Under the pieces are notes generated by a model. It worked only from the letters and a program-made list of their open reading frames with translations, had not been told where the DNA came from and did not search any database. A program made the translations under genes and the position numbers. This document shows, one piece after another, positions 21,458-34,800 of a stretch of DNA of 64,000 nucleotides (position 1 is its first letter; every line of letters starts with the position of its first letter). This stretch comes from a virus (taxonomy: Duplodnaviria; Caudoviricetes), in the IMG/VR virus record IMGVR_UViG_3300046171_000271. The stretch is one strand, 5' to 3'.

Positions 21458-24400
21458 ATGCCTCTCAGTCGTCTAGATAATTTTCTAAAGAATGCGCGTG
21501 GCAACATTCTCTACGTAAACCCAAACGATTTAGATGCCACAGACTCTATTGAGAATCAAGGAAATTCTCTAGCACGTCCATTTAAGACGATTCAAAGAGC
21601 ACTTATTGAATCAGCTAGATTTTCATATCAAACTGGATTAGATAACGATAGATTTAGTAAGACAACTATACTTTTATATCCTGGTGAGCACGTAGTTGAT
21701 AATCGTCCTGGATGGATTCCGGACGGAGCAGGTACTTTTAAATTAAGAGACGGATCTACATCTACAGATTTTCCCGATTTTTCACTGAGCACTAATTTTG
21801 ATCTCACATCTGACAACAACGCATTATATAAACTTAACAGTGTTCATGGTGGAGTTATTCTACCTAGAGGAACTTCTCTGGTAGGTTTAGATCTTCGTAA
21901 GACAAAGATTCGTCCTAAGTATATTCCTGATCCTGAAAATGCAAACATTGAAAGATCCGCGTTATTCAGAGTAACTGGCACTTGTTACACATGGCAGTTC
22001 TCCATCTTTGATGGTGATCCTAACGGAACAGTTTTCAAAGATTATTCTTCAAATATTTTTGTTCCAAACTTCTCTCACCATAAACTTACTTGCTTTGAGT
22101 ATGCTGACGGAAAGAATAATGTAAAAATTAATGATGCGTTTATTTCTGATTATGATGGCGGAAGAACCTGATCTTGACATGTATTATGAAAAGGTTGGTT
22201 TAGCATATGGTGTTTCATCTGGAAGACAAATCACACCAAACTATCCTAATTCTGGAGTTGATATTCAACCCAAGATTGATGAGTTCCGTATTGTAGGCCC
22301 TAAGAGTGGTGCAATTGGTATTTCAAGTATCAAAGGCAGGTGATGGCGTAACTGCTACAACAGAAGTTACTGTTACTCTTGAGAGTGCATTATTTGGTTT
22401 AGATGTTGATACGCCAATTAAGGTATCTGATGTTGCTACAGATGCATATAACGGACAGTTTGTTGTTAGTGATGTATTAGCATCAACAACTGAGGGAACC
22501 ACACAGTTTAAGTATAGTGTATCTAATCCTCCTTCTAATGCACTTCCTACCGTCACTGGATCAAAGGTAGATCTTCAGTCTGATAGTGTCACTTCAGCAT
22601 CTCCCTATATCTTCAATATCTCTCTGCGTTCCGTCTTTCGGTATGTGCGGAATGCACGCTGATGGAAGCAAAGCACTAGGATTTAAGTCCATGGTAGTTG
22701 CCCAGTTCACGGGCATTGGACTTCAAAAAGATAAGAATGCATTTGTTAAATATAATCCTACCAGCGGTGAGTATAAGGATTCAACCTTTGCTGGTAATGC
22801 AAACATCAATGAAGATAGTCGTGCTATCTTTAAACCAGATTACGAAAACTATCATATTAAAGCATCAAATGATTCTGTAATTCAGATCGTTTCGTGTTTT
22901 GCCATTGGTTATGCTCAGCACTTTGTAACTGAAAGTGGTGGTGACTTATCAGTCACTAACTCTAACTCAAACTTTGGTGCAAAAGCACTTGTATCTAAAG
23001 GATTCAAGAGCACTTCATTCTCAAGAGATGATGTTGGATATATCACTCACATTATTCCACCGAAAGAACTTGAGACTACAACAGGTGCAATTGAGTTTAA
23101 TGCAATCGATGTTCACAAAACTGTAGTTGGTGTCGCTTCAACTAGCAGACTCTATCTTTATAATCAAACAAATTAAGTGTTCCTCCTGACAGTGTTGTTG
23201 AGGGTTATAGAATTGGTGCTAAAGAGAATGATTCCTTAAATGTTTTAATACCTGATAGTAATGGCACTCCCACGAACTATTCAGCTCGTATTGTAATGCC
23301 AGATACTGAGTTATCATCAACTCAGGATTCGTTCCAAAAACTTCACAAGGTTGGCAGAAACTCTGGTATTAACAGTATTACATCAAATACAATTACACTT
23401 GATGCAGATCATAATATTCTTTCTGGTGAGAGTATACGTGTTGTAGCAGAAGATGGGCATCTTCCTGATGGTTTAGAAAACAATGTAATATATTTTGCTA
23501 TTACATCTGGTGTGGGAGCAGATCAGATTAAGATTGCTAAAACTCTTAATGACTCTATCACTGGTGATGCTATCACTATCAATAATAAAGGTGGTATTCT
23601 TAGAGTTCAAAGTAGAGTATCTGATAAAGTTGCTGGCGACATTGGACACCCAATTCAGTTTGATACTGACGAATCTCAGTGGTATGTTACCTGTAGGAAC
23701 TGCGTCCACAGATAATAACATCTATTCCACAATTTCAGGACTTGGAACTGCATCACTTGGATCTGCCACTCCAAGAACCTTTATTAATCGTCAACCTGAC
23801 ACAAGAAATGTCATTGATACGATTTATAGAGCACGTTATGTAATTCCTGCTGGTTCTGGAATCACTTCTGCTCGTCCTCCTGTTGATGGTTACATCCTGC
23901 AGGATTCTTCAACAGTTGTTGGATCAACTGATACTGAAGTTGCATCACACTTTAGTCCTACTACAGTTTCAATTAGCAATGTAGACGAACAGAGAAACTT
24001 TAGATTTATTGCCAATGCAAGTTGGAGTAGCAATGTTGCAAATATTTTAACAGAACTTCCTCACGATCTTAAAGTTGGTTCGGAGGTTGAGATTAAGAAT
24101 ATTACCAGTGCAAATAATCCTGTTGGCACTGCAAATTCTGGATTTAATGGTAAGTTCAATGTTACGGGAATTACTAGTGCAAGAGAATTTGCTATTTCTC
24201 TTGTAAGTTCTGCTGGCCCTGGTTCGTTCACTAATGATACATCTAGTAGAACAACCAGTCTGCCTACATTCACTCAGACAAGAACAAAGGGAACATATCA
24301 AGCATATCGTTCACAGCAGATTCAAAAGTATGTTCCTGGTGAGCAAGACGGTATTTACCATCTGCTGATTGTTAATAATTCTAACTCTCCTACAGTATCT

Positions 24401-27344
24401 CCTTTCTCTACAGAAAGGTTCTCTCAACCCATTCAACAACTATATCCACAGACTAATAGAGATAATCCTAAGAGTGATCCTACACCATCTGTTTCATTTG
24501 CATTACCATCGCCAATTGGTGAAACTGCAATTAATGATCCTCAAAATAGTGTCACAAGAGAAACTCTGAACTCTCAAATATTTGATTATAATATTGGTTT
24601 TGGTTTGACTGCAGTTCAGTCAAATAGCACTGGAACCGCTCATACGTTCTTCTCTACAATTGATCACGGACTTAATCGGGTAGTCAATGTCAGTATTGCT
24701 GATAGTGGTTCTGGATATGGAAACGGTAGTGCAGGATTTATTTACAATGCAAAATTAGTTTCTGCAGGTGCAGCAAGCACTCAAGGACAACATGGAACCG
24801 CTAGATTGCAGGTTGACGCCTCTGGTGGTATTATTGGTGCAAAGATTATGGATGGCGGTAGTGCATATGCTGTCGGGGATTCTTTACAAGTTGTTGGCGT
24901 TGGAACTACTTCCGGATACTCTGTTGGTATTCTTGAAGTAACCAAGATTCATGATAACTCTGGAGATGTCATTCAACTTTTCAATGCAAAACCAGAAGAT
25001 AATAATTCATACAATACATTATACAGAATCACCAGTGTTCCTACAGGATCTTCTAAAGAAGTACAAGTAGCATCTGCTACAACTGTTAGTAGTGCATCTG
25101 GAATTGGAGTCACTGATCTTGCTTCTGCTACTGCTTTAAATGTTGGAAGAGAATTAAACGTTAGTTCCTTTAATTATGATAAAAACACTGGTGTTGCTGT
25201 CGTTACAACAACTCAAAATCATGGATTAAGAGTTAATAATAAGATAAAAATTGCAGGTGTTGAACAATCACTTTATCGTGGTGATTTTATCATTAAGAAG
25301 ACTAATGCACTTAATACCTTTGAAATAAGTGTAGGCATCGGAACTGTTGATCCAACTGCCTCTGGAACTATAAGAGCATTCCCCTTCGGATATGCATCTG
25401 CAGGTGGTAATGTTGTTATAGAAAATGAAAATCTGAATGGAAGACAACAATCAACATATGCTGGTATTACTACTACAATTTCATCTTCTATACTAACTGC
25501 AACAACATCTGATGTTGATATTTTGAATATCACTGATACTGATATCAATATTGGCGACTATCTGATGATTGATGAAGAAATCGTTAGAGTTAAGACTACC
25601 GTAACCGGAAATCCAGTCAAAGTATTCAGAGGAGTTCTTGGAACAAAGGCAGTTCCACATGATATCAATTCTGTTATTAAGAGAATCGATTGCCGCCCAG
25701 TTGAATTTAGAAGAAACTCAATCATTCGTGCATCTGGACATACATTTGAGTATGTTGGATACGGCCCTGGAAACTATTCTACTGCATTACCTGAAAAGCA
25801 AGACAGAGATTTAAGCACCAAAGAAGAACTTATCTCTCAATCACTGAAGTTTGATGGTGGTGTAAATGTCTACACTGGTATGAATGATGCTGGTGATTTC
25901 TATGTTGGAAACAAAAAAGTAAGTTCTGCTACCTGGACAAGAAGAAGTATTTGATGCACCGATCCCAACAGTAACAGGGTGAAGATGTATCAACTAGCGG
26001 TATTAGTGTCGGATTTGATGTTCTCACGCCTCTTGAAGCATCTATCAGTCGTTCTTTAAGAGTTGAAGGTGGCCCAGATGGAAACATTGTTTCTGAGTTT
26101 GACGGGCCCAGTAATCTTTAATGAAAAGATTACTTCAACTTCGAGTAAAGGAATTGAGTCTAATTCCTTATTCTTACAAGGTGATACAACTGTTTCAAGA
26201 AAGTATACAGTTGGTATCGCTACCCCATCACTTTCCGGAAACCCCGGTGATTTAGTATATAATGCAAACCCAACAAAGAGTGGTTATGTTGGTTGGATTT
26301 ACACAACCGAGAATGACTGGTATCGTTTCGGTAATGTAAGTCTTGAGAAGACTTTGAGTGTTGGAATCTTTGATTCTGTTGGTATTGCTACAACAACTCC
26401 AGGTACAAATGTCCTGAAAGTTGGTAGTGGTGGAACTCAGTTTAGTGTTGATACCTCTGGTAGAGTTGGTGTTGGAACGGATGCAAATGTCTTCCAGTTC
26501 AGAGTTGAAGGTGACTCATACTTAAGCGGTAATGTTAATTCTGCTGGTATAATAACTGCCGCTCAATTTATAGGTGATGGTTCTGGCATTAACTAATCTT
26601 CAGAATGATAGTTTGTTTAGCGGCACTGCTGTTGGACTTGGAACTGGTATCTTCCCCAACAATCTTGTTCGCGTGGGTGTTGGAACTTCTGTACCTCACT
26701 TCCCACTTGATGTTGGAACAACTGGAACCGGAACAACAGATCTGAAGGTAAGAAACAACGCTATCTTTGATGAAAGAATTGATGTAAACAATGTAAATGT
26801 TACTGGAATATTAACTGCTACATCTTACAAACTAGATAGTACAACCGGTGAGATTCGTGTTGGTATTATTACTGCCAATAACATTGTAGTTGGAACTGCA
26901 CTCTCAACAACAAGTAATCAAACTGGATTTGGTACGGCAACACCAAGAGCAAAAGTTGATATTGAAGGATCTGCTAAGTTTAAAACATATTCAGAATATG
27001 TTGAAGAACTTGACATCTCTGGCGGTAATGTAAATGTTGATCTGTCAATCGCTCAATCATTTACATTGACAGTTGATGAAGAAGTAACACAGTTTACACT
27101 TCTGAATCCTCCCTCAGGTGCTACCGCATTCTCAATTCTTATCACTCAGGATAGCACTGGATATTCTGTTGGAATCGCCACATTTAAGGATAGTGGAGGA
27201 TCTGCAATTCCTGTTAAGTTCCCCGCAGGTGGCGTCTTGCCCATCGTTACAACCACCGCTGCTAAATCAGATATCTATTCATTCAAGACATTTGATGGCG
27301 GATCAACACTCTTCGGTGTAGTTGGAGGACAAAACTTCGCATGA
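21458..27344 (+). CDS. large virion structural/proximal tail-fibre protein (~1960 aa, about 8 frameshifts)
   Basis: MPLSRLDNFLKN..PFKTIQRALIE start; fragments 21458-22171, 22131-22343, 22306-22662, 22586-23176, 23296-23715, 23495-25954, 26063-26596 and 26574-27344 read as one protein ending GGQNFA. Confidence 0.75.
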
Positions 27345-29354
27345 TAGGATTAGGTTTCTATAACGCACACAATACAACTCTGGACATCAATGGGCCTTTC
27401 CTAAGGTTCACTGATGAACCAGCGGCAGCAACAGCAAATGATGGCGGTAGTGTTACTATAAGTGGCACTGCCGTTGCTGAATTTAAGCACAACCCATCAA
27501 CTATTCCAGGAGAACGAGTCACAAATACTGGGACAATAAAATATCAATGGTACATTGATGGTGTCGCTGCAGTAGATGCCTACAGATAGAATAAGTGGTT
27601 CTCAGACAAATGAAATCACAATATCAAATCTTGTAAGTCCTACTGATAATGCTAAATCTGTTTTTTTGAGAGCAACATATGAAGGTTCTGCATATCAATC
27701 TGAATCTGGTGCAATTACAGCAGGTATTGCAAGATCAACAGGTAATGGTGTTAATGAACCATTAGATACAAGTGCTGCTAATTATCACAGTAAATCCAAC
27801 AATTTCTATCACAACTCAACCAGTTGATGCAACTGCTGCCCAAGGATTAAACGCTACATTTCACAGTGTTGCAGCAGCATCCGATGAAGTGATGTTTTGT
27901 ATCAGTGGAATAAAGATGGAGTTGCTTTAACAGATGACAGTAATATAAGTGGTTCAAATACATCTACACTTACCATTTCTAGTCCTAACAAGGGAACATC
28001 AAATATAACAGTTACAATATCACATCCTACTGCTGGAAATTCCCCTTTGACTTCTAATACAGCAGTATTTACTGTTGTATCTTCAAGAGATATTATTTCA
28101 TACGTTGAGCATGATGGTGACGGAAACTTCTTCACTGATGATGAGAAAAATTTATTTGATGGATCACTCACTATTACAGCAAATCCAACTAATCCAGGAA
28201 GACTTATATCATTCCATTCTCCAGAGAAAGATATCACAATTAAGATGATTATGGCAGCTGGTGCTGGACAAACAAAAAATACACAAATAGGTGGTGAAGG
28301 AGGAAAATCTGAATTTGTTATTACTCTTGAACAAAATCAAGAATATGTTATTGAACTTGGATCATCTTCCGCTCTTAGTGGTGGTGCCAATGGTGGTGGA
28401 GGAGGGGCATTTCTTTATAAAAAAGGAAGACTTCTTGTTGCATTAGGTGGTGGTGGAGGAGCTGGAAAAAATGATAAAGGTGGAAAAGGTGGTGGTATTG
28501 GATTTGCTGGAGAAAATGGATCTGGAAGAGATGCAGGATCTGGTGGTTCTTCAATAGTAGCAGGTGCGCTTCCTACTATTGGACAGAATAAAAACGGTGC
28601 TACTGGAGGAAGAGTATCTGGTTGTACTGTAGGAACTCAATATTTTGCTAATTTATATTCTCCATGTGATGACTATGGGTTATCTAAATTCCTCAATTTT
28701 TCTGGAGTTCCTATGGCACAATCTCCTGAAATTCAGAGAGGATTTAAAGTCGGTGATGTGAATAGAAATAATGGCGGCGACGGATTTGGTGGTAATTCTT
28801 TTTATGAATATTCTAATAAAATTACAAGAACTGCTACAAGTGGATTTAATGAAAAACCATCATGTACTAGTATTCAAAATGGTTGGTATACAAGAACAGG
28901 AAGGCCAATATCGGAAACTGGAGGAGATGGATATTATGGCGCAAGAACTATAGAGATTTTGTGGGATGGTGCTTTGATAACTGGCACGACTAATGAAGAT
29001 GGATATATCATTTCCGGAAATTATGCTTACACTTTTGGTGAGTATAGATCACCTAGTCACTATGGATGGAGAAATGACAATCAATGTGGATATTCAGGGC
29101 CTGAAGGATTTGGCCCTGGTGATTTTGGCAATGGTTTTGATGTAGTCAGATACGAATATGTAATTAGAAGTGGAGATGGAAGTGGAGGTGGTGGATCAGG
29201 TGCAAATGGCGGGGACGCTGCAACTATATTAAGTGGATCAGGTGGTGGAGGTGGTAGTGGATACTCAAGTGGTGAGGTTACTGTGCTTAGTTCTAAATTA
29301 GGTGGTAACACCTCCGAAAATGCATTTGTTACTTTTGAGTATTACACTCCATAA
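27341..29354 (+). CDS. fibre tip/adhesin with Ig-like domains and Gly-rich C-terminus (3 frameshifts)
   Basis: KYQWYIDG, YQWNKDG..SGSNTSTLTIS Ig motifs; many GGGGxG motifs. Confidence 0.7.
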
Positions 29355-29357
29355 ATA
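29350..29357 (+). promoter_or_regulatory. late promoter
   Basis: CATAAATA upstream of 29389. Confidence 0.6.
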
Positions 29358-29388
29358 GTAAAAAACTAACGGGGGATAGTGAACCCAA

Positions 29389-31017
29389 ATGGCAGTAGAT
29401 AAGAATTTTGTCGTCAAGAATGGAATTGAAGTAAATTCCAATCTTATCATTGCAAACGCTAACACTAAAAAAGTAGGTATCGGTAGTACGAATCCTCGCG
29501 TTACTCTTGATGTTCGTGGTGGTATTGCCGCTACAGATGGACATTTTACGGGTGTTCTGACTTGCTCAACTCTTCGGGGCATTGAAAATTATGGAGTATT
29601 AAACGGAACAGGTGCAAATGTAAGTGGATTTTCTACATTTGCTAGTGGTGTAAGTATTGAACACTTAACTGTTACTGGATTTACTACCATTGCAGACATC
29701 GCATTAGATGAAGTAAACGCAAGGAACTTAAATCTTACTGGTATTGCCACTGCTCCCACATTTGTAGGACTTACTAAATTTGATAAAATTTCTGTAAGTG
29801 GAATCAGTACGATCACTTCTCTTGATAGTACAAATGCCAGCATAAGTGGTATTACTACTGCCACTAATAGAATTTTAATTAAAAGTGACGATTCTACTCC
29901 CGGTAGAATTGATTATTTTTGTGAAGTATCTAATGCACATTATACAAGAGTTCAGTCAGCACCACATGCAGAATACAGCGGTAATGTAACTGCAATTCTT
30001 CCAACAATAAGTGGTGATATTCTTGTTGGTGACACTGCTACTAATATTTCACAAAGTGTAAGAACTTCAGGTATTGTTACTGCATCAGCGTTTCATGGCG
30101 ATGGTGCTAATGTTACTGGTATCTCCACACTTAATATCGTAAATTACAGTGGTGGAGCAGGAGTTGGTGATACAGGTATTTCTATTAATACTAGCGGTAT
30201 AATAACTGCAGCTGCATTTTTTACTTCAGGGATTATTACTGCTTCGACATTTTCTGGTGATGGATCGCAATTAACTGGGTTAGGTGTTGGAATTAATACC
30301 GAAACTGGATTAGTTGGATATGGATTCACACAACTTGATTTTAGAGGTTCTGGTGTTACAACAGCAAATTACAATACAAGTTTAGGAATTGCTACTTTCT
30401 TTATTGAAAGTGGTGAAGGAATTGCAAATCTCGTTGAAGATCTTACTCCTCAACTTGGTGGAAATTTAGATCTTAATGGCAATAATATTACCGGAACGGG
30501 TGATATTCCAGCTGCTAATTTGACAGGTACACTTCCTACAATTAGTGGTGCAAATCTTACTAATTTAAATGGTTCAAATATTGCTAGTGGAACTGTTGCA
30601 GCAGCAAGAGTAGGTGATCTTGCTGCAAGTAAAATAACAAGTGGTACATTTGATGCTGCAAGAATCCCAACACTTAATCAAGATACCACTGGAAATGCTG
30701 CAACTGCAACAGAAGCAACAAATGTCACCGTAACTGCTAATAATTCTACAAATGAAACTGTATATCCAGTATTTGTGGACGGTGCAACTGGAACACAAGG
30801 TGCAGAGACTGATACAGGATTAAATTATAATCCAAGCACAGGTAATCTTACAGCAACAAAATTTACTGGAGATGGATCATCTCTTACCAATGTTACCGTG
30901 AGTAGTGCTACTTTAGCAGTTGGATCTCGCTCTGGAAGCGTAAATGTTTCAGTTTCTGCTGGAACAATTACTGTAATTGGTAGATCGTCTAATACTACAG
31001 TAACAGTAGATTTCTAA
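29389..31017 (+). CDS. tail fibre protein
   Basis: MAVDKNFVVKNG, VGIGSTNP, GIVTASAFHGDG repeats, VEDLTPQLGGNLDLNG. Confidence 0.8.
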   Translation: MAVDKNFVVKNGIEVNSNLIIANANTKKVGIGSTNPRVTLDVRGGIAATDGHFTGVLTCSTLRGIENYGVLNGTGANVSGFSTFASGVSIEHLTVTGFTTIADIALDEVNARNLNLTGIATAPTFVGLTKFDKISVSGISTITSLDSTNASISGITTATNRILIKSDDSTPGRIDYFCEVSNAHYTRVQSAPHAEYSGNVTAILPTISGDILVGDTATNISQSVRTSGIVTASAFHGDGANVTGISTLNIVNYSGGAGVGDTGISINTSGIITAAAFFTSGIITASTFSGDGSQLTGLGVGINTETGLVGYGFTQLDFRGSGVTTANYNTSLGIATFFIESGEGIANLVEDLTPQLGGNLDLNGNNITGTGDIPAANLTGTLPTISGANLTNLNGSNIASGTVAAARVGDLAASKITSGTFDAARIPTLNQDTTGNAATATEATNVTVTANNSTNETVYPVFVDGATGTQGAETDTGLNYNPSTGNLTATKFTGDGSSLTNVTVSSATLAVGSRSGSVNVSVSAGTITVIGRSSNTTVTVDF

Positions 31018-31073
31018 TGAACTTTTTTCTTAATTAAAGTATTGAAAGAAAGAAAAATGAAAATATCCTGTTC

Positions 31074-31081
31074 AATAAATA
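31074..31081 (+). promoter_or_regulatory. late promoter
   Basis: AATAAATA upstream of 31109. Confidence 0.65.
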
Positions 31082-31108
31082 ACTCAGTAATGCCTAGTTA
31101 ATACGAAG

Positions 31109-31330
31109 ATGGCTATTAAGATCTCTGGAACAACTGTCATTGATGACAGTAGAAATGGAGCAAATTTAGGTATTGTCACGGCTACATCATTTCATGGCGA
31201 TGGTTCTAACTTAAGCGGACTTAGTCGTTTTGTTGCTGTACAAACGAGAGTTGGCATAAGCACTGTGAATACATTCGTAGGAGTTGTTACAGTATTTGGA
31301 AGAGATTCCAATATTAATGTCCCTATCTAA
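31109..31330 (+). CDS. short tail-fibre-related protein
   Basis: MAIKISGTTVIDDSRN..GIVTATSFHGDGSNLSG. Confidence 0.7.
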   Translation: MAIKISGTTVIDDSRNGANLGIVTATSFHGDGSNLSGLSRFVAVQTRVGISTVNTFVGVVTVFGRDSNINVPI

Positions 31331-31371
31331 ATATAAAAAAGTACATTAAATAACCTCACCCCACAATACCC

Positions 31372-31896
31372 ATGGCTAACAGATTTCCATTAATCGTCGA
31401 TTCTTCAAGTCAACAACTAAAAGAACTTCCGGCAAGCGATAATATAGATTTAACAAATAGTGGCATTGTTAAAGCCACAAGCATTGGTTCTACAACTATA
31501 ACTGCTTCAACAAGTGTTGGCGTCAATACTGATCCTGAGCATGTTCCAACTAATCTTTATGTTCTGGGGACTGCAGCTGGTAGCGTTGTATCACTTGGAA
31601 CAACTGATGCAAACACAACATTAGATTTAAGCACCTCAAATAATTTTGCCATAACTCTTGGCGCAAGCATCACCCTTAATAATCCCACTGGATTACAAAC
31701 AGGACAATCTGGCATCATTATGATGACTCAAGATGGAACAGGAAGTCGTACTGTAGCTTATGGCTCCAACTGGAAATTCCCAGCTTCAACAGCACCAACA
31801 CTTACCACAGCAGGTGGTTCGCTTGATGTATTGACATATTTTGTCAATTCTCCTACAAGTATTGTTGCAAATTCAATCCTCAATTTGGGTTCATAA
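31372..31896 (+). CDS. tail fibre adaptor protein
   Basis: MANRFPLIVD; C-terminal LDLSTSNNF..TQDGTGSRT..WKFP..LDVLTY domain. Confidence 0.75.
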   Translation: MANRFPLIVDSSSQQLKELPASDNIDLTNSGIVKATSIGSTTITASTSVGVNTDPEHVPTNLYVLGTAAGSVVSLGTTDANTTLDLSTSNNFAITLGASITLNNPTGLQTGQSGIIMMTQDGTGSRTVAYGSNWKFPASTAPTLTTAGGSLDVLTYFVNSPTSIVANSILNLGS

Positions 31897-31898
31897 TA

Positions 31899-34800
31899 AT
31901 GAGTTTACCTAACGAATTAATATCTGCTGCTCTTGGTGGGGGAGCAGCAGCGGATACTGACTATCAGATCCAAAGAAGCCTGAGATTTAACAGTGGCGAT
32001 ACGGCCTATCTTTCCAGAACTCCCTCATCTGCAAGTAATCGCAGGACGTGGACTTGGAGTGGGTGGGTAAAGTTGATCAGCCTTACGGGTGAAGTTAATT
32101 TTTTTAATGGCGGCACAAGCAGCTCAAATGATTTCACTATAAAACTACGAGATGGAAGCTTGTGGGTTCAAGAATACTCTGGCCTTTGGGCATGGCGATT
32201 GAGAACTGATGGCTTGTTTAGAGATCCTTCTGCTTGGTATCACCTTGTGGTTGCATTTGACTCTACGCAAACTACTAGCACAAATAGAATTAAAATCTAT
32301 ATTAACGGTATTCAAGAAACCTCTTTTACTACTGCTGAATACCCGTCGGAGAATTTTGAAAGCCTTGTAAATAAAACTGATCCTCGCTATTTTGGATATA
32401 GTCCTGCATACAACTATAGTTCTTTTTATTTAGCTGAGACACACTTTATTGACGGTCAAGCACTTGCACCGACTGACTTCGGCGAGTTTGACGACAGCAA
32501 TGTGTGGCAGCCGAAAAATGTTTCAATTAGAAGTATTAACAACGGCACAAACTGGGCAAGCTCTAGTTATAACGCAGTGACTGGAACAACTGGTTCCACA
32601 GACATGACAAATGCGTTTGACGGCAGTCTTTCTACATATACATCATTAGGTTCTGGAGATGGATCAGCCACTTCCACTGTTACTTTTACGCCACCGTCAT
32701 CAATAACAGTAACCAAAAGTGTGCGTGTTTACATTGGCGTAGATAGAGGGCAGTCAATTTCAGTCAATGGATCTCAGACTAATGCTTCTGTATCAGCAGG
32801 ATGGAACGATACCGGGTTTACGGGCACTCTTTCAAGTCTTGCTATCGGTCCAACCAATGCAGGCTCAAGCAGTAACATTGCTGCAATAGAAATCAACGGA
32901 GAAATTTTAATTAGTAGCTACAACAATTCCAGCGGCTATGGCACAAATGGCTTCCACCTAGATTTCAGCGACAATAGCAACGCCCCCGCATTAGGACTGA
33001 ATGCAAACGAGGCAACTACTTTTAACGGTGTTGATTTTAATAATGCTTCTTATTTGCTGCACGCTTACAATGCAGATTTTAACTTTGGCACGGGTTCTTT
33101 TACAGTTGAGACGTATGTCTATCTTAAAAGCAACACTACAATAGAGGGAATATACGCTACAAGCGGTGGCGCTGGTGCTAGTCCAAAAATTGTGTTTTAT
33201 ATAGATAATGGAACACCAAAAATCCATCATAACGGATTTGGCAGTAGTACTTATTTGAGTGCAACTTCAACTATATCTACCAATACGTGGACTCATCTAG
33301 CTTTTGTGAGAAATGGAAGTTCTTGGTCTTGGTACATTGATGGCACGCAAAGCGGTACAGGCTCAGACAGCACTAATTTTACTTTTACTAACCAAGGGAC
33401 TGAAATAGGCCAAGGAGGCGAGTCATATTTTTCTCCTTTCGATGGTGTAATCTCAAATCTTAGAGTAGTTAAGGATGCTGTTTACACATCTGGTTTTACT
33501 GCACCTTCTACCCCTCTCAGCAATATCTCTAATACTGTATTGCTGTGTTGTCAATCTAGCAGTAGTGCTACAGCCGCGACTGTGATACCTAGTAATTTTA
33601 CCACGTCTGGTACTCCAATCGCTGGTACATTTGGAAATACTAGTTGGACTGTTGGTAACCTGTCAGCTCCTCCGAGCAACACTGGTGTGTATGCCTCAAA
33701 CTTTGTATCAAGCAATGGATTTAATGCTTCTTATCCTTCAATAAGAGCATTTGACGGAAACACCGGAACTTATGCCCAGGCATCAACAACAGGAGGAACT
33801 TTAACTTTCACTCCGCCTAGTGCTATTTCATATTCATCATCAATAAAAATATACATGCCATCTGCAGGCGCTACTGCCACAATAAATGGTGGCAGTGCTA
33901 TTTCAGTGGCAAACTCTTCGGAAACTACGATTGCTTCAGGTTCTGGAACACTTACGTCGTTAGTGTTAGCTGCGAGTAATTTGCCGGGTCTTGCGTATAT
34001 CAAGATTGATGATCAAATTTTAGTTAATACAGGATTAGATTCAGGAACTGACAGCCTTGTAGACACGCCGACGAACTACGGCGATGACACTGGCGCGGGT
34101 GGTGAAGTCCGTGGCAACTATGCGACGTTTAACCCTCTTTCCATTAAAGCCAACCAAGGCACAATGGAGAATGGAAATTTAACGTTGAAGGCTAGTGGCT
34201 CATACTACATTGAAGGTAAGTCAACAATTGATGTATTCAGTGTTGACAATTATTCTGAACTAACAGTTACTTCAGTAAGTGGTATTGATTCTTTTGCCTA
34301 TGGAATTGGCGATATTGACGCTTGGGTTATTACTGGCGGCGGATCATATGTTGTTTACAGAGAAAACGGTGCGATTATTTCTTACCCTGGGAATACAACT
34401 TTAGGGACAGTCAGCAGTTATACGCAAGGTGATGTTCTTGGCATGGCTGTTGATTCTACAAATGTCAAGTTCTACAAGAACGGGACATTGCAAGGTACAT
34501 ACGCGCATGGCAAGTCTGGAACATTTTTTGCGATGGCAATGAATGTTCCTAACACAGGAAGTGCTCAGCTAGACATTAACTTCGGTCAACGTGAGTGGGC
34601 TTTCTCGGCACCAAGTGGTTACAAGGCGTTATGCACGCAGAACCTATCTGAGCCAACGATTGCTGATGGTTCGGCTTATTTTGACACCAAGCTGTACACC
34701 GGCAATGGCAGCACACAGACAATTTCAGGTCTTTCGTTTAGCCCAGATTTAACCTGGGTAAAAGGACGTTCTGCTACCCAACATCATTTTTACGATACTG